A DNA stretch of 64,000 bases from the human T2T-CHM13v2.0 reference genome, Homo sapiens: NCBI RefSeq assembly GCF_009914755.1, contig NC_060929.1, one strand, 5' to 3'. Below the pieces are notes generated by a model, which was not told where the DNA came from, made no database searches, and worked only from the letters and a program-made list of their open reading frames with translations. This document shows, piece by piece, positions 1 to 16,720 of this stretch. Position 1 is the stretch's first letter. Every line of letters starts with the position of its first letter. The position numbers and the translations under genes were made by a program.

Positions 1-600
<600 letters not shown>

Positions 601-2294
601 AGGGGGTCGGGGGGCACCCTACATCTTATGAGTGCAAGCCTGGTGGCAGTGTACAGGGTGACCTAGAGGAATGGGAGGGACCAATGCGGGGAGGCAGCAG
701 GAGGCTGCTGCTGTGAAAATCGTAGGGAGCAAGCAGAGGTGAGCCTGGCTTCATGGGTGGCCCAAGTGGTCAGGTGCAGATGAGGCAAAGCACCTGGAGA
801 CTGAGCAGCCCCTTAGCCACTGGAGGGCCAAGGAAATGCACCCTGATGCTCTGAACACATCCCTCTTCCATCCCAGCCTCCTGAAAAGTGTCAAGAGGTG
901 ATTCTGGGACAGAGGAGCCAGCAGATGGACTGGCTCCAGGAAGAGTTCCTGAGGTGTCTGAACCAATTCCAGTCTGCATTCCTGTAGTTGGCAGAGGCCT
1001 CCAGAGAGAACAGCAAGATCTGGGCTCACGTGTCTCAGTCCCCTGTTTCCTTTTTTCCTTCCCAATTTCCTTCCTTCAGCCTTTCCTTTCTTACTAATTC
1101 CTTACTCTTCCTTTCTTCCTTCCTGCCTGCCCTCCCTCTGTTCCTCCTGTCTCCCTTTCTCTCACACATTTACTAACCCATGATCAGACATAACACCCAT
1201 GCATATAAACATACACACCCACATATCCACCTCCTACACATATATTATTTATATATATCCCCCTCACACACACACATTCAAACACACACTACAAATGCAG
1301 CTTCATTCATACACATTTCAGGTATATTTTCCTTATGGCTTGCCAGATAACTTGCAAATTCAGTGTTCAAGATCATGGTCTCCTTGTAAGTCATGGCAGC
1401 CACATTTTCCAGGTAGAGAACCTGAGATTCAGAGATGTTGAAGAATTTCCTCAAGGTCACAAAGCTGGGAAGTGACAGAATCGAGATTAGCCCTCAAGTG
1501 CTCCTGGCTCTGATTATTCTTTAGCCACACCCTGCTCTCCCTACACATGCAGACACAGACACACACAGATGCATCCTGCAATCATCCACACATAAGTGGT
1601 TATATTTCTACCCACATGGGCACTTATACACATACCCAGACATGGAAAGAAATTTCACTGACTTGTCACTAACAGTTCTAAGGAAGAATCTGTCTTTCCA
1701 AAAATGTTCTGGCTTTCTTGTAGATAAGCCTTCTGAATTGTACGTATTAGCTCCTTAGAGACACCCAGAGGACTTAGTTCAATAGACTTGCTCTGACAGG
1801 GGTAGAAGACAAATGGTAGGGATGAGGCTTTGTGTTGTGTGTTTGATTTTTGCAGCTCTTTCTACCTTATCTCAGCTCATAGTCCATTCTCACAATAACC
1901 CTGTATGTGGACATGGAAGGAACTATTATACCCATGTTACATATGGGGAAACTGGGAATCAGGGTGTTCAGGGGGCACCCAGGTGCCTCCACCTCCTTAA
2001 TCATCAAGGATCTCACTTTTCTTCAATGCCCAAATAACAACAATTCAAGCTGCCTTCTCCCTTGAGTTCAGAAAGTCCACTGCACAACCCCCCAAGTGAT
2101 GTCATGGGTACCCAGGAGGAATACTTAAATGTTTTAGCAGTCCCTCCTGGCTCTCCCATGTCACATCCTATTTGAGCATGTTTGTTCCTCTAGTGGTCAT
2201 CTCTGATTTCCTCAAACCTCTGCTTAACCTCTGACTTTCTTCCTTTCCAAAGCCAGGATACCAGCTCTCCCTTAATTCTCAAAACACATCTCTT

Positions 2295-2715
2295 TGGTTG
2301 CTTTTAGCTATAAGTAAGTAACAGAAAACCCAACTCAAATGCGTTTAAACAATATAGACATTTTATTCCATTTCTTTAACCAGAAGTTCCAAAGGAGGGT
2401 ACCTGGTACCTCCAAGGTTAATTAATTCAGTGGCTCAGCAATATTATCAGGGACCCAGGTTCTTTCCACTTTCTCCCTCCACCATCCTTATGTGTGTTGG
2501 TTTTGCTCCCAAGTTGACTCTGTTTTCCCCTGAGTCATAAGCTGGCTCACACTATTCCAGGCATCACTCAGGGAAAAAAAATCTCCAGCAAAAGAAGAGT
2601 TTTTTTCTTCCTGTGTGTCTCTTTGTAACAGAAAGGAAGCCTTTTCTAGAAGTCTCTCCACAGAATTGCACTTACATGTCATTGGACAGAATTTTATCAC
2701 ATAAGCAAACTTCTG
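2295..2715 (-). mobile_element. MaLR LTR (MLT1K/L-like)
   Basis: AAGTAACAGAAAACCCAACTCAAA...GGACCCAGGTTCTTTCCA hallmark blocks. Confidence 0.65.
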
Positions 2716-2724
2716 GGTGTAACT

Positions 2725-2850
2725 GATAAATATCTTTATTATTTTGATTATAGTGATAGTTTCACAGCTGTGTTCATGTGTCAAATTGTATGCTTTAAAT
2801 GTGCACAAGATATTGTATGTGTCAATCATACTTCAATAAAGCTGTTTCAA
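2725..2850 (+). mobile_element. L1M 3' end fragment
   Basis: TGTATGTGTCAATCATACTTCAATAAAGCTG, typical old L1 3' terminus. Confidence 0.6.
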
Positions 2851-3558
2851 TAATTTTTGCATAAGTAGCAAATAAATATGCTCTCCTGGTAAAAAGTTAA
2901 GACATTATATATAAAGCGAAACTATCCTTTTCCACTATCTCTCTGTCCTTCCAGTTAACAGATTAGTGTGTATCTTTACAGATCTTTTTCTGTACATTTA
3001 TGGATATGATGTACCCACGGAATATATAGAGTACTACCTGTTTGTTATTCTTTTTCCATAAAAGTCATGTTGTATGTAAGATGTTGCAATTTCCTTTTTA
3101 GAACACGATATTTCTTGGAGCTGTTTCTAAGTCAGTATTTAGAGGTTCACCTAATTATTTTTAGCTGGATAGTATTGCGAGATACAGGTATAGCCTGGTT
3201 TATCCAGACATTCCTCTCTGCTTTCGTTTGTTCTCAACTTTCCATTATTTCAAACAGTCCTTCAACAAGGATCCTCAGGCAGGCCTCTTTGTACAAAGTC
3301 TCTGACATGGATCCCAGACAATAGGGTTTGGACAATTTTAATTGCTCTCCAAAGCAGCTGCACCCGCCAGCAGTGGTTAAGAGCACACATTTTTCCAACA
3401 ATGTTTGATGTTCTCAAATTTTTGTTTGCCATATTATGGATGAAAAATGATATGTCATTCTTTTAATTTGTATTTTAAGGGGAGTTTTCACAGAAGAAAA
3501 GATTTCTGCACCCCAGTCTTGGCCATTCTAATCTGAGGCTTAAGAATCTGAGTGATTT

Positions 3559-3873
<315 letters not shown>

Positions 3874-4229
3874 AGAATCTGAGTAATTTTTTCCAGGTGA
3901 TGTGCAGTGAGGTTTGGTGATGTCTCTTCCAGCTCTGTTGTTCTGTGATCCTGACACTCCTGCCTCCTCCTAGGCATGGGACTTGTTTAGGCCCAAGGTC
4001 TACACCATCTTTGCCACTTAAATTGCTGCTTTCTCCATGGGGGAAGATTTTTAAGACAAAGAAGTCCTGGTGACTCTGGCCTTTTACTGCGTGTGACTGA
4101 TGGAGCCATATTTCAGATGTCCCACTGAGGAAATCCTACTCCTGGGAAGGAAGAGACTAACCCATGCTGCTCTATTGTTTGCTGGACACTATGCTGGGCT
4201 TTGTTGTCATTTGATTTCTACTGGGTCAT

Positions 4230-4395
4230 TTAAACATCGCAGCAACCTTGGGAAATATTATTGTCCTCATTTTACAGATGAGGAAACTGAAGTACACAGT
4301 GACTTAGTAATTTGCCCAAGGTCACATAGCTACTATGGAGCCCCTATCCCAGATTTGACAGACTCCAAAGCCTGTGCTCTTTTCATTATACCACC
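4230..4395 (-). mobile_element. MIR
   Basis: CATTTTACAGATGAGGAAACTGA...TTGCCCAAGGTCACATAGCT core. Confidence 0.85.
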
Positions 4396-4559
4396 TGCCT
4401 ACAAATTAAGGTGTCTAAGGAGACAGAGACCATGGATGGCCAGTGCCTCCTTTCCAGAGATGCTCAGAGGAGTCTACTCACTTTGGCTCCCAATTCTCAG
4501 CCCCTTCCTGCCTTAACAACCCAAGTTCCTGACTCTTGGAGGTCTCTAGAAGGTAAGAG

Positions 4560-4635
4560 TCATATTTTATTTGACTTAGCATGTAGTAGCTAGAAGATGA
4601 GCATCATATTTTATTTGACTTAGTATGTAGTAGCT
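4560..4635. repeat. Local tandem duplication, 32-bp units at 44-bp period
   Basis: TCATATTTTATTTGACTTAG(C/T)ATGTAGTAGCT at 4560-4591 and 4604-4635. Confidence 0.9.
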
Positions 4636-5288
4636 TCTTTGATCAATCCTGGGGAATGTGTTCCTGAAAATATGGACTGGGGAATAGATGGATTGGGGTA
4701 CGAGAGAGAGAAGGATTAAGTTCCACCTTCTGATCATCCTTGCTGCTTCCACCTTCTGAAATTCATGCAGAATATATCTATAAAAGTGACTTGTCTCAGT
4801 GAATTACAGTCAATGTTTCAATTTCTTGAGCTTTTTTTTTTTTTTGGATTCTGAGAAACTTTAAAAGAATAGTATATGCCAAATTACCATGTATCCGCCG
4901 TGTAAAAATAACCAAAAAAAATTGTCAGATTTCTTTTTTTTAATAAAATAAGCAATATGTCACTCATCTGAAGATGAAATCCCCTGATTCCCATTCCAGG
5001 TTTCATTTCCTCCTCACCTCATCCCCCAGGAACCTCAGATATAAATTTTGATAATTTCTGCCTAATCTGTTTTTATACTTATAAGTATCCATTAAATACA
5101 TGTATCTTGAACAAATAAAAATAACAAAAGTAGTTTATATAAATGGTATCACACTGTACCTATTATTCTGCTGCCTGCTTTTCTCCTCTTTATGCTGTGC
5201 CACTGAGAGCCCTTTAAAACTTAAGAATCATGTCTTCTCTAATCACCACATCCCTGGTTGCCTTGTACATTCCAAATGCTTAATAAAT

Positions 5289-5412
5289 GAGAAAGGAAAG
5301 AAGGAAGGAAGGGAGGAGGGAGGGAGGAAAGAAGGAAGAGAGAGAGGAGGGAAAAAAGTAGGGAGGAGGGAAGAAAGGAGGGAAGAAGGAGAAAAGGAAG
5401 GGTGGAAGGAAG
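5289..5412. repeat. Purine-rich (GGAA/GGGA) low-complexity tract
   Basis: Seen directly. Confidence 0.9.
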
Positions 5413-7748
5413 CCCAGCCAACAGGGTCAGTCTTTCCCATCAAAACTTCTTGTGTGGCTCCCAATTAGAACGGAGGGTAATTACAAACGTATAAGTCCTC
5501 CATGTTATGATTTCCCTGATTCTGAGAACTGTTCACATCCCATTAGAGCAGACAGCCTCTCTATCCTGCGATCTGCTCCAGGGAAGTCCCAGGCATGACT
5601 GCAAGAAGTTCCAGGCCACACAGCCGCCTAATGTGCTTAGCTCAACTGTGGCTCAACTCTCGCTGGTCATAAATCAACCAGGCAAGGCTGAAGCCTGCAT
5701 TACTCTCTATCTCTCAAAACCCCTCAAGGATTTGGGGAATTAGCTGCCAGTTCAAACACTTGTCTGCCCTCCTTTCCTTCTCCCACTCCATCTTTGTCTC
5801 TGTCAACCACAGAGTGCCTCTCAGTGCCTGTCTCTGCCTCTCTGGGCATCTTTCTCACTGAGCATCTCTCTGTCTCTGGTTCAAAATTATGCCTCTGTCT
5901 GCCTCTCTTCAGCCCCTGCATCTACCTTCCTGCACTCCCGCTTCCCTCCCCTGAGCCTTGCTGCAGCCATAGATCCAGGATCCCAGCTGGGTCATAGATC
6001 TCTTCGTTACTGCTGTTCTTTCCCTCTTGCTTTTAAGAATGCTTTTTATGGTGGCTTCTAGCACAAACAGCTGTTGGAACTTGTTTGAAAAAACCTCCGG
6101 GAACAGATGCTCTGGCAGCCCTTCAGATTCTTCTTTCCTCTGCAATCTGAGATGGGTTGGGGAAGAAATTCATTCATTCATTAACCCATTAAACAAATAT
6201 TTATTGAGCTCCTATTATGTGCCTATCACTGAAGTAGCTGTTGAGACTAGGTAAAACAGCCCTTACAGAGTTTATAGTCTAATGAGGGGAGGCAGATTAA
6301 ATCTAATAATCACTAAAATATGTAATATCAAACAGTGATCAATACTATGAAAAAAATGATCCACAGGTCCACAGTGCTCTAATAATAATGGTTAATGTCT
6401 ATTAAATGTTTATTATATACTTGACTCTATTCTAACCATTTCACATACATTTATTTTAACAAAGACTTCCAACATCCTATTTTACACATGATGAAACAGA
6501 GGAACAGAGTGGTTAAGCAACTTGCTTATGAGCACACAGCTTGTGGGTAGGGGAGCCAAGATTTGAACACAACATGGGGGTTGGGGGAGCAAGAGGAGGA
6601 AAGCCTTCCCTGAGCTCAGTTTCCTCCACATATGAATAGAATTTTCTTTTCCAAGATCATGTTGAGACTAGGAGGCAGAAACAGGACCAGGGTCTGGCCT
6701 TCTGAATCCCAAACTCATCTGGTTCTAAAGGCAAATAGGCTGGAGTATAAGCACTGGCTCTCCTGCTAAGCCCCGTGAGATTTTGTGGAAAAGTAAGTGG
6801 AGCATGGGGGTGGGGAGATGGTAGGATTAGAGACTTCCTGCTAAAATGGGTATGTGGGAGCTGGAGCACCCTAAGCTCCTGGAAGGAAGGACTGTGTTGT
6901 GTTCTCCATTGCGTCCCCACCACGTAACACAGCAGCACTTAGCAGGTGCTTGGTCTGTATTTATTGAAAAATGAATGAATGGATATGTTGAATTAAATGT
7001 AAGTGAATTAAGTGAAAAGGATGAAACAGATGGAAGCTTCATGTTTCTTCCAAGCTAGGGGTTTATGATTCCGGTAACTTCATTTCTTTCTCCTCTCACT
7101 AACACTAGCCAACAGTGCAGAGATATTCTGCCAGGTATCTGGATCTGTTTCTCTCTTTTCTTTTCAGTCTGCATATCCAAAATGTTTTCCTGCTGTTGCA
7201 CAAAACTCCCTTTCAAAATTTTTTCAGTTTTTGCTGATTCAATTAAGAGCTTAGTTTGATCTCAAAACTTTACCCCTTCTTAAGTCCCTTTTGATAAAAC
7301 AGTCCCCAGGGTACTTCTTTGAAGCCTCTTCATGAGTTTTGGAGCTGAGTAAAATGCCGACCACTTACAGGATAATTACATTGGAGCAGACACATTGTTC
7401 CTAGAATCTGTTTCCCAATCTGAGTAAACAGAGCCTGGTCCTTTTTATGTTGTAATAAGCACTACCTTCTTCATTTTCCTCTCATCTGGAGAGCTGCCTG
7501 TGAGTTATTTCATCTCTGGTCCAGGGAAGAGGAAAGGAATGGTTGAGAGAACATCTTCCACAGGAAATTTGGCTAGGAGGGGTCTTTTGGATGGGAGGGT
7601 GACATTTGGCGGATTCTGTCACATTCTCAATGATTCTCTTTAGAACAGTGTCTGGCATATAATTGTAATAATTATTATTACTATTATTGTTATTATTGAC
7701 ATGCAAAGCACCTTTACATTCATGCTTACATTTGATCACGTAAGGTAA

Positions 7749-8204
<456 letters not shown>

Positions 8205-9674
8205 TAGAAAAGTTATAGCATCCCTTTTGACAACTAGTAAGAGCCAAAGCCTTGATTCATTACCAGGGGGTCTGATCCAGTGTCTATATTCATTGCGTTA
8301 TTCTCCCCTCCAACCCAGTTATGGATTTTAGGTCACACAGACCTGGGCAAGTCACTTAACCACCCTGTGCCTCATTTTTGTCATCTGTAAAATGGAACTA
8401 GTAATTTTATGCTTATGAACATTTGAGGTTACGCATGTGGTGTTCTTAGCACTGTGTCTGGCTCATGGGAGGTGCTCAACAGATGGCCACCATTCTTAAA
8501 AGTGTCATTTGAAGAGCAAAAATGGCAGGTGCCTAAAGAGATAGATTCAATGCCCTTAAATGAGGATGGGGGTTGGTCCAAGGAGGAAATGTTCAGTTTA
8601 GGCTCAGAGGAGTTGGGTCTCCAAGGATAGCTCTGGGGCTGGCTGTGGAGTGGGATGCTTTCTCCTGGCTTTTATAACACAGGGGAAAAGAAATCCATCC
8701 AGGTTCAGATCTGGAAGATGCCAGCCTAGGGCCAGAGAAGGCTGGGCCCTCACTGTTGATTGGTGGGGAAGTTAGCAGGTTAAAAAAAAAAAACAACCCT
8801 TTCCGCTCCCTCCAACTACTTTCTCAGATCCTTAACAACTGGCATATCAACCCATCTACTCAACCAAATTGTTGGCCAGGACCCGCTTTCAGAGACAGAT
8901 GTACTTGCAAAGCACCCACACAACCTAGTCTCACACCTGAGGTTTGCTTACCTCCTGTGCCCTGCTGAGCTGCTTTGCTGCAGGGGATCTGACTACAGAA
9001 GGACAGCAGGATTTATCACTGTCCTAACTTACCCATTTGTCTCCCGCCCAGAGGGTCCTGACAGGGGAGTTTCCAGGGACCTTGCTGAAGGCTGCTCAAG
9101 TTCTTGACAGAGACACATGGCAGCGATTACACGCGACGATAGGCACAGTTACTGCGAGACGCGCCTGCTCCAAGTCCCCTCTTGAGCAGTCTCAAGCTGA
9201 CTCTACAGCCTCCTTTGCTTCCAACTCTTTTTAAAAATTATTTATGCGGGCGTGGGGAAGGAATGGGGAGGGGTGCACAGAAGGCTGGAGGCAGGACTCT
9301 TCCCCAGAGGCCAGGGCGGGGGGAAACCCCTCTGTTGACACAATTAGATGGGGCAGCTTGAAATGCTCTTCTTTGTCACCAGCTTTCTGTCCTAGGACAC
9401 AAAAGTGTTTATTGCATTTTCTCAAACATGAGACTTGAACCAAAAATCTCTGAAGAGACAAAGCGTTTCCTGAGAGATAAAGAAAAAAGAAGATGGAATC
9501 ATAGAAATTTTCAAGGTCATAAAATTTAACTCCTGAACTAAAGTTTCTCTCCTAGTTCTGTCAGATATTTACCTGGCATTTGCTTGCACACCTTCCTTGA
9601 CAGGGGGCTCACTACTTTTTAGGGCAGCTTAATTCATTCTTATGCAGCTTTGACTCTTAGAAAATTCTATTAGA

Positions 9675-10325
<651 letters not shown>

Positions 10326-10699
10326 CAATGCAGGATGCCTAATCTCTAAGATCTGTAGGGGTTGTGGGCCCCCACAATGAATTGAAAAGGTGTCCACAAG
10401 CAGGGCAGGAATGTTAAAAGAGAAGACCAGGGATCCAGAGGACTAAGTTCTCCAACTTGTCAAACTCTACCAAGGATGGGGCTGATTAGGGAAGAAGCCA
10501 CATTAAATAGAAATAAACTACCAGGAAATCACAAATAACAGCTATCACTTACTAAGAACCCACCTGTGTAAACACAGTACAAAGGGTTTGGCATAATCCC
10601 TCTATGTGTAAGCACTACAATCATCCCCATTTAACAAGGAAACAGGTTTACAGAGCTGATGTGACGGGCCCAAGAAAACACATCTGGGATGATCTGTAG

Positions 10700-10934
10700 T
10701 CTTGTCTTGTCCCATATGCCTTAAGATATGCTGTTAATTTACATTGTTGGGGTGAGGAAGGCCACCTGGCGAGAAATGTGGCCTTCTATCTTGCAGCTAC
10801 CTGTTTAGGAACAAAAGGAAAAGCAGGGTTTTCGGTTTGTTTGTTTGTTTTTTTAATGTGATTCAGTTTCCAAACTTAACTTTTTCCTTTGGCATTGTGA
10901 GTTTGGGGTCTCAAGATTTCATTTTCCTTTTGCA
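10700..10934 (-). mobile_element. MER4-group ERV1 LTR 5' fragment
   Basis: Reverse complement begins TGCAAAAGGAAAATGAAATCTTGAGACCCCAAACTCAC, similar to the LTR start at 25318. Confidence 0.65.
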
Positions 10935-12054
10935 CTGGGAACCCCAAATCTAAACCTCCTAAGGTCCAGGCCTCTTCCTTTGTTCCAAATGAGCAGGTGC
11001 AAAGTTGTTTTCATTTGACATTGGGACCAGTTTTCACCCTCACATCCAAGAAGAGATCCTACCAGGTGCTCCTGAGGAGTATAGCCAGTCCCCGGGGAAA
11101 CAGGGTACCTGGGGCTTCCACTTGGTAGTTCTCGTCCCAAAGAGCAGCGTAGGCCCTCAAGAAGCAGTCTTGCTTGTCTAGGCTGTTCACCTCCCTTGGT
11201 CACTCTCACAGGCCCACCCCAAACATTTGCAGGGCCTGAGCAAGAGTATAAATAGAGGCCCACATATCACCTGTTTGAATTAAGGTATCACACTGTAAAT
11301 AATACCTATCTTCCTATCTTGACAAATATTCTTTCATCATGGCCTGGAAGGGTCAAGTTCAAATTAAAATTTGAAGGCACTCCTCCCTAGAATGTGGCAA
11401 ATGTAGGGAGAACTGGCCCGCAGCCCTGGCTCCTGGCACTGTCCCCTTCTCTTTCCAACCCTGACTCTGCCCCACAGCCTGAAGGCCTCACATGCACACA
11501 TGTGAATACCGTAGCCTGCACATCCCAGCTTTGTCCACATGCCCTGCAAACAGCTGAATCTTGGCCCCCTTTGGGCTGGGCTGAGTCATTTTTGGAAAGC
11601 TCTGTCTTGGCCTGTCTGCTTCAGCCATGGTCACTGTCTGGCTATCTCTGCCCTCTGAATCCATTTGCACCAACTGCTAATCATGGGGGCTGAGAGGGGA
11701 GAGGACTCAGGATGTTGCAAGTCCTCCAGCCACCTGCATCAGAATGCCACTCAGCCACTTGGGGCCTTGGTCTCAGCCTGGCACCAGGCCTGGCAGCGGG
11801 CACTGGGAGGCAGCCCCTCCCATAGCGAATGAAGCACAGGGAAAGGAAATACAGTCTTGAGCTGTTACTCTTGCCTGCAAATGAGAGGGAGAATCATATA
11901 CTTTAGGCAGGGAAGGAGGTGACCTAGATCATGAGATCATATCTACTTCACCATCCCACCTGAAATTTGCCTATTAAATCTTATAACCTTTAAATTTAAA
12001 AATATATGATGATGCATATAACTTGGGGATGATATCAGCTATAATCCTACAGGT

Positions 12055-12566
<512 letters not shown>

Positions 12567-12855
12567 ATACAGGCAATGCAGTTACTGATTGTTGCAGAGC
12601 AGAGTAGCAATTCCACGAGAGTCATGCTCATCAATATGTGCTCATTCAACACTGAGAGCCAAACACTGCATTGGGCCTTGGGGACTCGCGATACAGTCTC
12701 TGGCCTCAAGTTGCTCATCGTCAAGCAGAGGAGCAGGCAAGTAAACAGATCACTACACTGGGATGTGATGAGCGCTAACATCTACAGGTGAAGGGTGCTG
12801 TGGGTGGAGGAGTCTCAGATGACTTCCTAGAGGCAGCCCAGTGAAGTGTTCCTGG

Positions 12856-13288
12856 TGACAAAGTCTCTATCCTTGACAAACTTTAGTCAGACTCCTCTGA
12901 GCCCTCTTCTTGACTAGACCTTGACCTGGGCCCCCATCTTGTCTTTGGTCTGCCCAGCCCAGTCTTGGCAAAGAATCCACTAAGTCATTCCTCATCCTTG
13001 AGATCTGATTAAATTCCTCATCCCCCACCCTCGATGTTTAAGCCTCTGATCTCCCTTTAGCAAGAATCTCATTAGGCCAGTTTAGCAAGAATCCCCCCAC
13101 CCCAATGTCTCCTCTTAGTGATTTCCCATCCACTGAGCTCTTACTCTGCTCCTTGCCTGCACATCCCCTGCCATTTTCGTTGTATTGGGAGTTGAGTCCA
13201 ATCTCTCTCACCTTTTCCAACACCTCTATTGCAATAGCCCTGAGTAAAGTCTTCCTTACTATTTTATTTTAACAATAAATCTTTAACA
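12856..13288 (+). mobile_element. Solo ERV1 LTR (MER31-like) inserted in L2
   Basis: TG...CA termini (TGACAAAG...TTTAACA) with 4-bp TSD CTGG on both sides. Confidence 0.8.
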
Positions 13289-14144
13289 CTGGACAGGGAG
13301 CAGTGTGCTGAGGCCCAGAAGAAGGAAAGAACATGGCCCAGCTCAGGCAGGCCCTGACTATGGCTCCCATGTGAGAGGCAGAGTGTGAACGAGGTGGCTG
13401 AGGAACAACTGCGGTGGGATGGGCCTGGAGAAGTAAGCCGGAGCTTTGCGAGGTTCTCCAGGGACCTGGGCTTTCTCCTGAAGGCAGGAGAAGGTTTTAA
13501 GCAGAAGAGTGACATGATGAGGGTTTCATCCCAGAAAGATCCATCTGTTAGACAACTTCAAGGTGAATAGATTGGGGAGCCCAAGCCTGGAGTCCTGAGA
13601 GACAGGGCGGAGGCTGCTTTCCTCAGGGGAAAAGAGGTGGGAGGTAGGACTGGAGCAGGGAAGGTGGCTGGAGGGAAGTAAACATCTTTGAGATCAATTC
13701 AGAGAGTGGGCCACACATCAGAACCACCTAAGGAATTTTTTAGGGAAACACTTGTCTGGGCCCCTATCAGGACTCTGGAATCAGAAACTCGAGCAGCCGT
13801 TTAAAAAGCTTCCCTGGTCATTCAGCTTCAGCCAAGGCTTAGTGTCACTGAGGTCAAAGGTGAAGAGCCAGGGCTAGGTGACATTGTCAGAGGAGGGCAA
13901 GAAGAGGAGAGGAAGGAAAGAATGTGTGTGTGGCAGTGGTGGGGTTGGGGGTGCCCCAGGAGTCTGTGTGTGTCATCAGGGAGGCTAGTCGCTACATTTT
14001 CACAAGGTAAATCACGACCTTGACTGGAGAGGTCAAGGATAGAAAGCATCATCCCCTCCTTTTTAGATGCAAAAGATATACTGGGTTTCAAGGAGGTTAA
14101 CACTCACACAAATGAACGATTTGATTAAAGGGGCTTGATGAACT

Positions 14145-14540
14145 CCTTCATTCATTCAAGCAATGTTTACTGAGCACCTACTATGTGCTGGGTGTTGTGC
14201 TGGGTGCTGTGCTAGGTGCTGGAGATACAGTGGTAAAGAAAATCAGATATACTCCCTGCCCTCATGGGGGTTCCAGTCTAGTGGGTAAGGCCAATTTTCT
14301 ACAAGTATTGACTCTAATAATTGTAAAGTTACAACTGTGCTAAGTGTAAGAAACAGAAAATACTTACAGAACATAATAAGGAATGTGGCCTAGTCTGGAG
14401 GTTCTGGAAGTCTTCCCTTAGGCAGTGGCACCTGACTCAAGGTGTAAAGGCTGAATAAGAATTAGCCAGAAGGGTGGGAGCTAAAAGGGAGGAGGGTGCT
14501 ACAAGCAGAGGCACAGCATGCACAAAGAGCCTACGGCAGA
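14145..14540 (-). mobile_element. L2 3' region
   Basis: TTCATTCATTCAAGCAATGTTTACTGAGCACCTACTATGTGC...GCATGCACAAAG. Confidence 0.8.
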
Positions 14541-16344
14541 AGAGGTGGCCTTCATCATCAAATGGACTCTTCCTAGGCAGGTAGGGTTCCCGAGCCCATG
14601 GGAGAAGTTAGCAGCACCAGACACCCCTTTCAAAAAGCCCACTTTGGAAGTGGTGCTAATAGGATGCCCAAGTTTCCCACAATGGGGAGATGGCCAGAGG
14701 CCTGCCTGGAGTTGTTCCCTGGTGGCTTCCCTGCAGGCTGGTGGAACAAGCCCAGGTGTGCAAGCCAAGACAACCTTGCAGCGAGGTCATTCAGCACATC
14801 CTCTGGGGGAAGTGCTTCCTGACAGCTGCTCTGAAGTGATTCTCCTTCAATTCTCATTTTATAGCTCAGTGTTCCCTCCTCAGCAGGAGGCTGTATCTCT
14901 GAAGAAGTCAGGCTGACATTGCAGGCTGCAATTACCATGCCCTTCGCCTGCCTGAGATTTCCTGGTCATTTCCTACCTTTGGCGCTGTTAAGATTTTTTG
15001 CATTTGTTCCATTGCACAGATATTTATCAAGCAACTGCTGTGTGCCTGGCACAGAGGTGGAGACTACAATGAATAGGGATGGATATAAAAAAAAATTGGG
15101 ATGGCCTACCACCTTTCAGGTGACCCTACACAACCAATCAACAAATGTGTGTAGAGTAGGAACTAGAAATTGAGATTTAAGTGCATCCAACAGAACTAAA
15201 TATTGTGACACATCTAGTTAAAATTGGTGCACAGAAGGTGGGGTTTAAGTGAGCTAAGTCCTCATCAATCATACTAAGAAGTCAATAGATAATATCTAGC
15301 CGATAAATCAAGAAACAGAGGTAATAAAGCTTTGACAGGAACCACCAGAGTGTGATGATAAAGAACACTCCGGTGGCTGGAGTCAGACACCCTGGCTGAA
15401 ATCCCATTTCTGTTGTTCACCAGCCATGTGACTTTGAACACATCACCTACTTCTCCTTAGTTTTCATATTTGTAAAATGGGCATAATAATGATACCTACC
15501 TCATAGAGCTATGGGGAGCACTTAAAGAAATGATGTACACAAAGAGATTGGCACATGACAAGTGCTCCATAAATATTAGCCAAGGCTAAAAGCAGAACCG
15601 TGGAAAATCAGTGGTTTCTGGGGAACAGGATACGCGAGGGTGCAGGAGGTGGAAGGCAGATGCTTTTTATTATAAGCTTTCTTCATTGTTTAATTATATA
15701 ACCTTAGGCATATATCACATTGCCAAAAAAGAATTTTTAAAATACACATACAAATTGGGTGACTACTATAGAAAACAGGACATTGACTGAACTCTTCTGG
15801 CCTGAGCAGCTCTTTTCCCGCCCCATTCAAAGCTCCTCCCCCTTCCTTGCCCCATCTTCAGCCTCAGTTTCCCACCACCCCACTTTGCTTCCTTACTTTC
15901 CGTTTGTCTTGTCACCCACTCTTAACTGCCTTAAGTAGGCCTTGGTGCCCTTGAGTCATTCAGTCCCTGGGCCCAGGAACCTGTTGCAATGCTATTATGA
16001 GGCCTAGGCCAAATATCAGGCACATGTCTGGGGTAGATGGTGTTGCATCTGGGCCTGCAGGCTGATGGATCTGCCACAGAGCAAGTGATTCCAGGGGTTC
16101 CTGGAAGCACCCACATCCCTCTCCAAGGCACCTTTGCCTCCTCAGATAAGGGAATGCTCACTGCACGAAGGTCCTGGGATTCAGATTCAGGGAACTAGGA
16201 CTCCTCCTGGACGCTGCTGCTGTCAGGCTGTGTGACTATAGATAAGTCACTTTGCTTTTCTGAGACTCAACTTCCTCCTTCGTAAATGAAGAGACTCTTC
16301 CATCACTAATGAGACAGATGTACTCTCAATCCACCACTGTTTCC

Positions 16345-16670
16345 AGATCTGATGATTTTGCCTACCCAGCACCCATCCATCCTTCCTCTGAACACAGGAC
16401 TCTAATTTTCCTTTGAGACTCATTCTGCCCTACTCTCAGAACTCGAAGACTTAGGTGAGAGTTCACTCCTTATTCTGGGGGTAAGCAAGTGACCCAGACC
16501 TAGCCAGTGAAACTCGGAATGAGATTTTTAGTGAAGCTATTGAGAAAGAGAAATTTCCCCTGGCATTGCTAGCTGTCGGGATAATGTAAACCTAGAGCTG
16601 CTGGCAGGTGCCTGTCATCTGGAGAGAGTGGCCTGCCTGAGGGCAAAAATCATGAGTAAGAAGAAGAGTT

Positions 16671-16720
<50 letters not shown>

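Noticed and set aside
4560-4635. CRISPR-like repeat-spacer-repeat
   Set aside because: Only two units, 12-bp spacer, eukaryotic context, no cas genes
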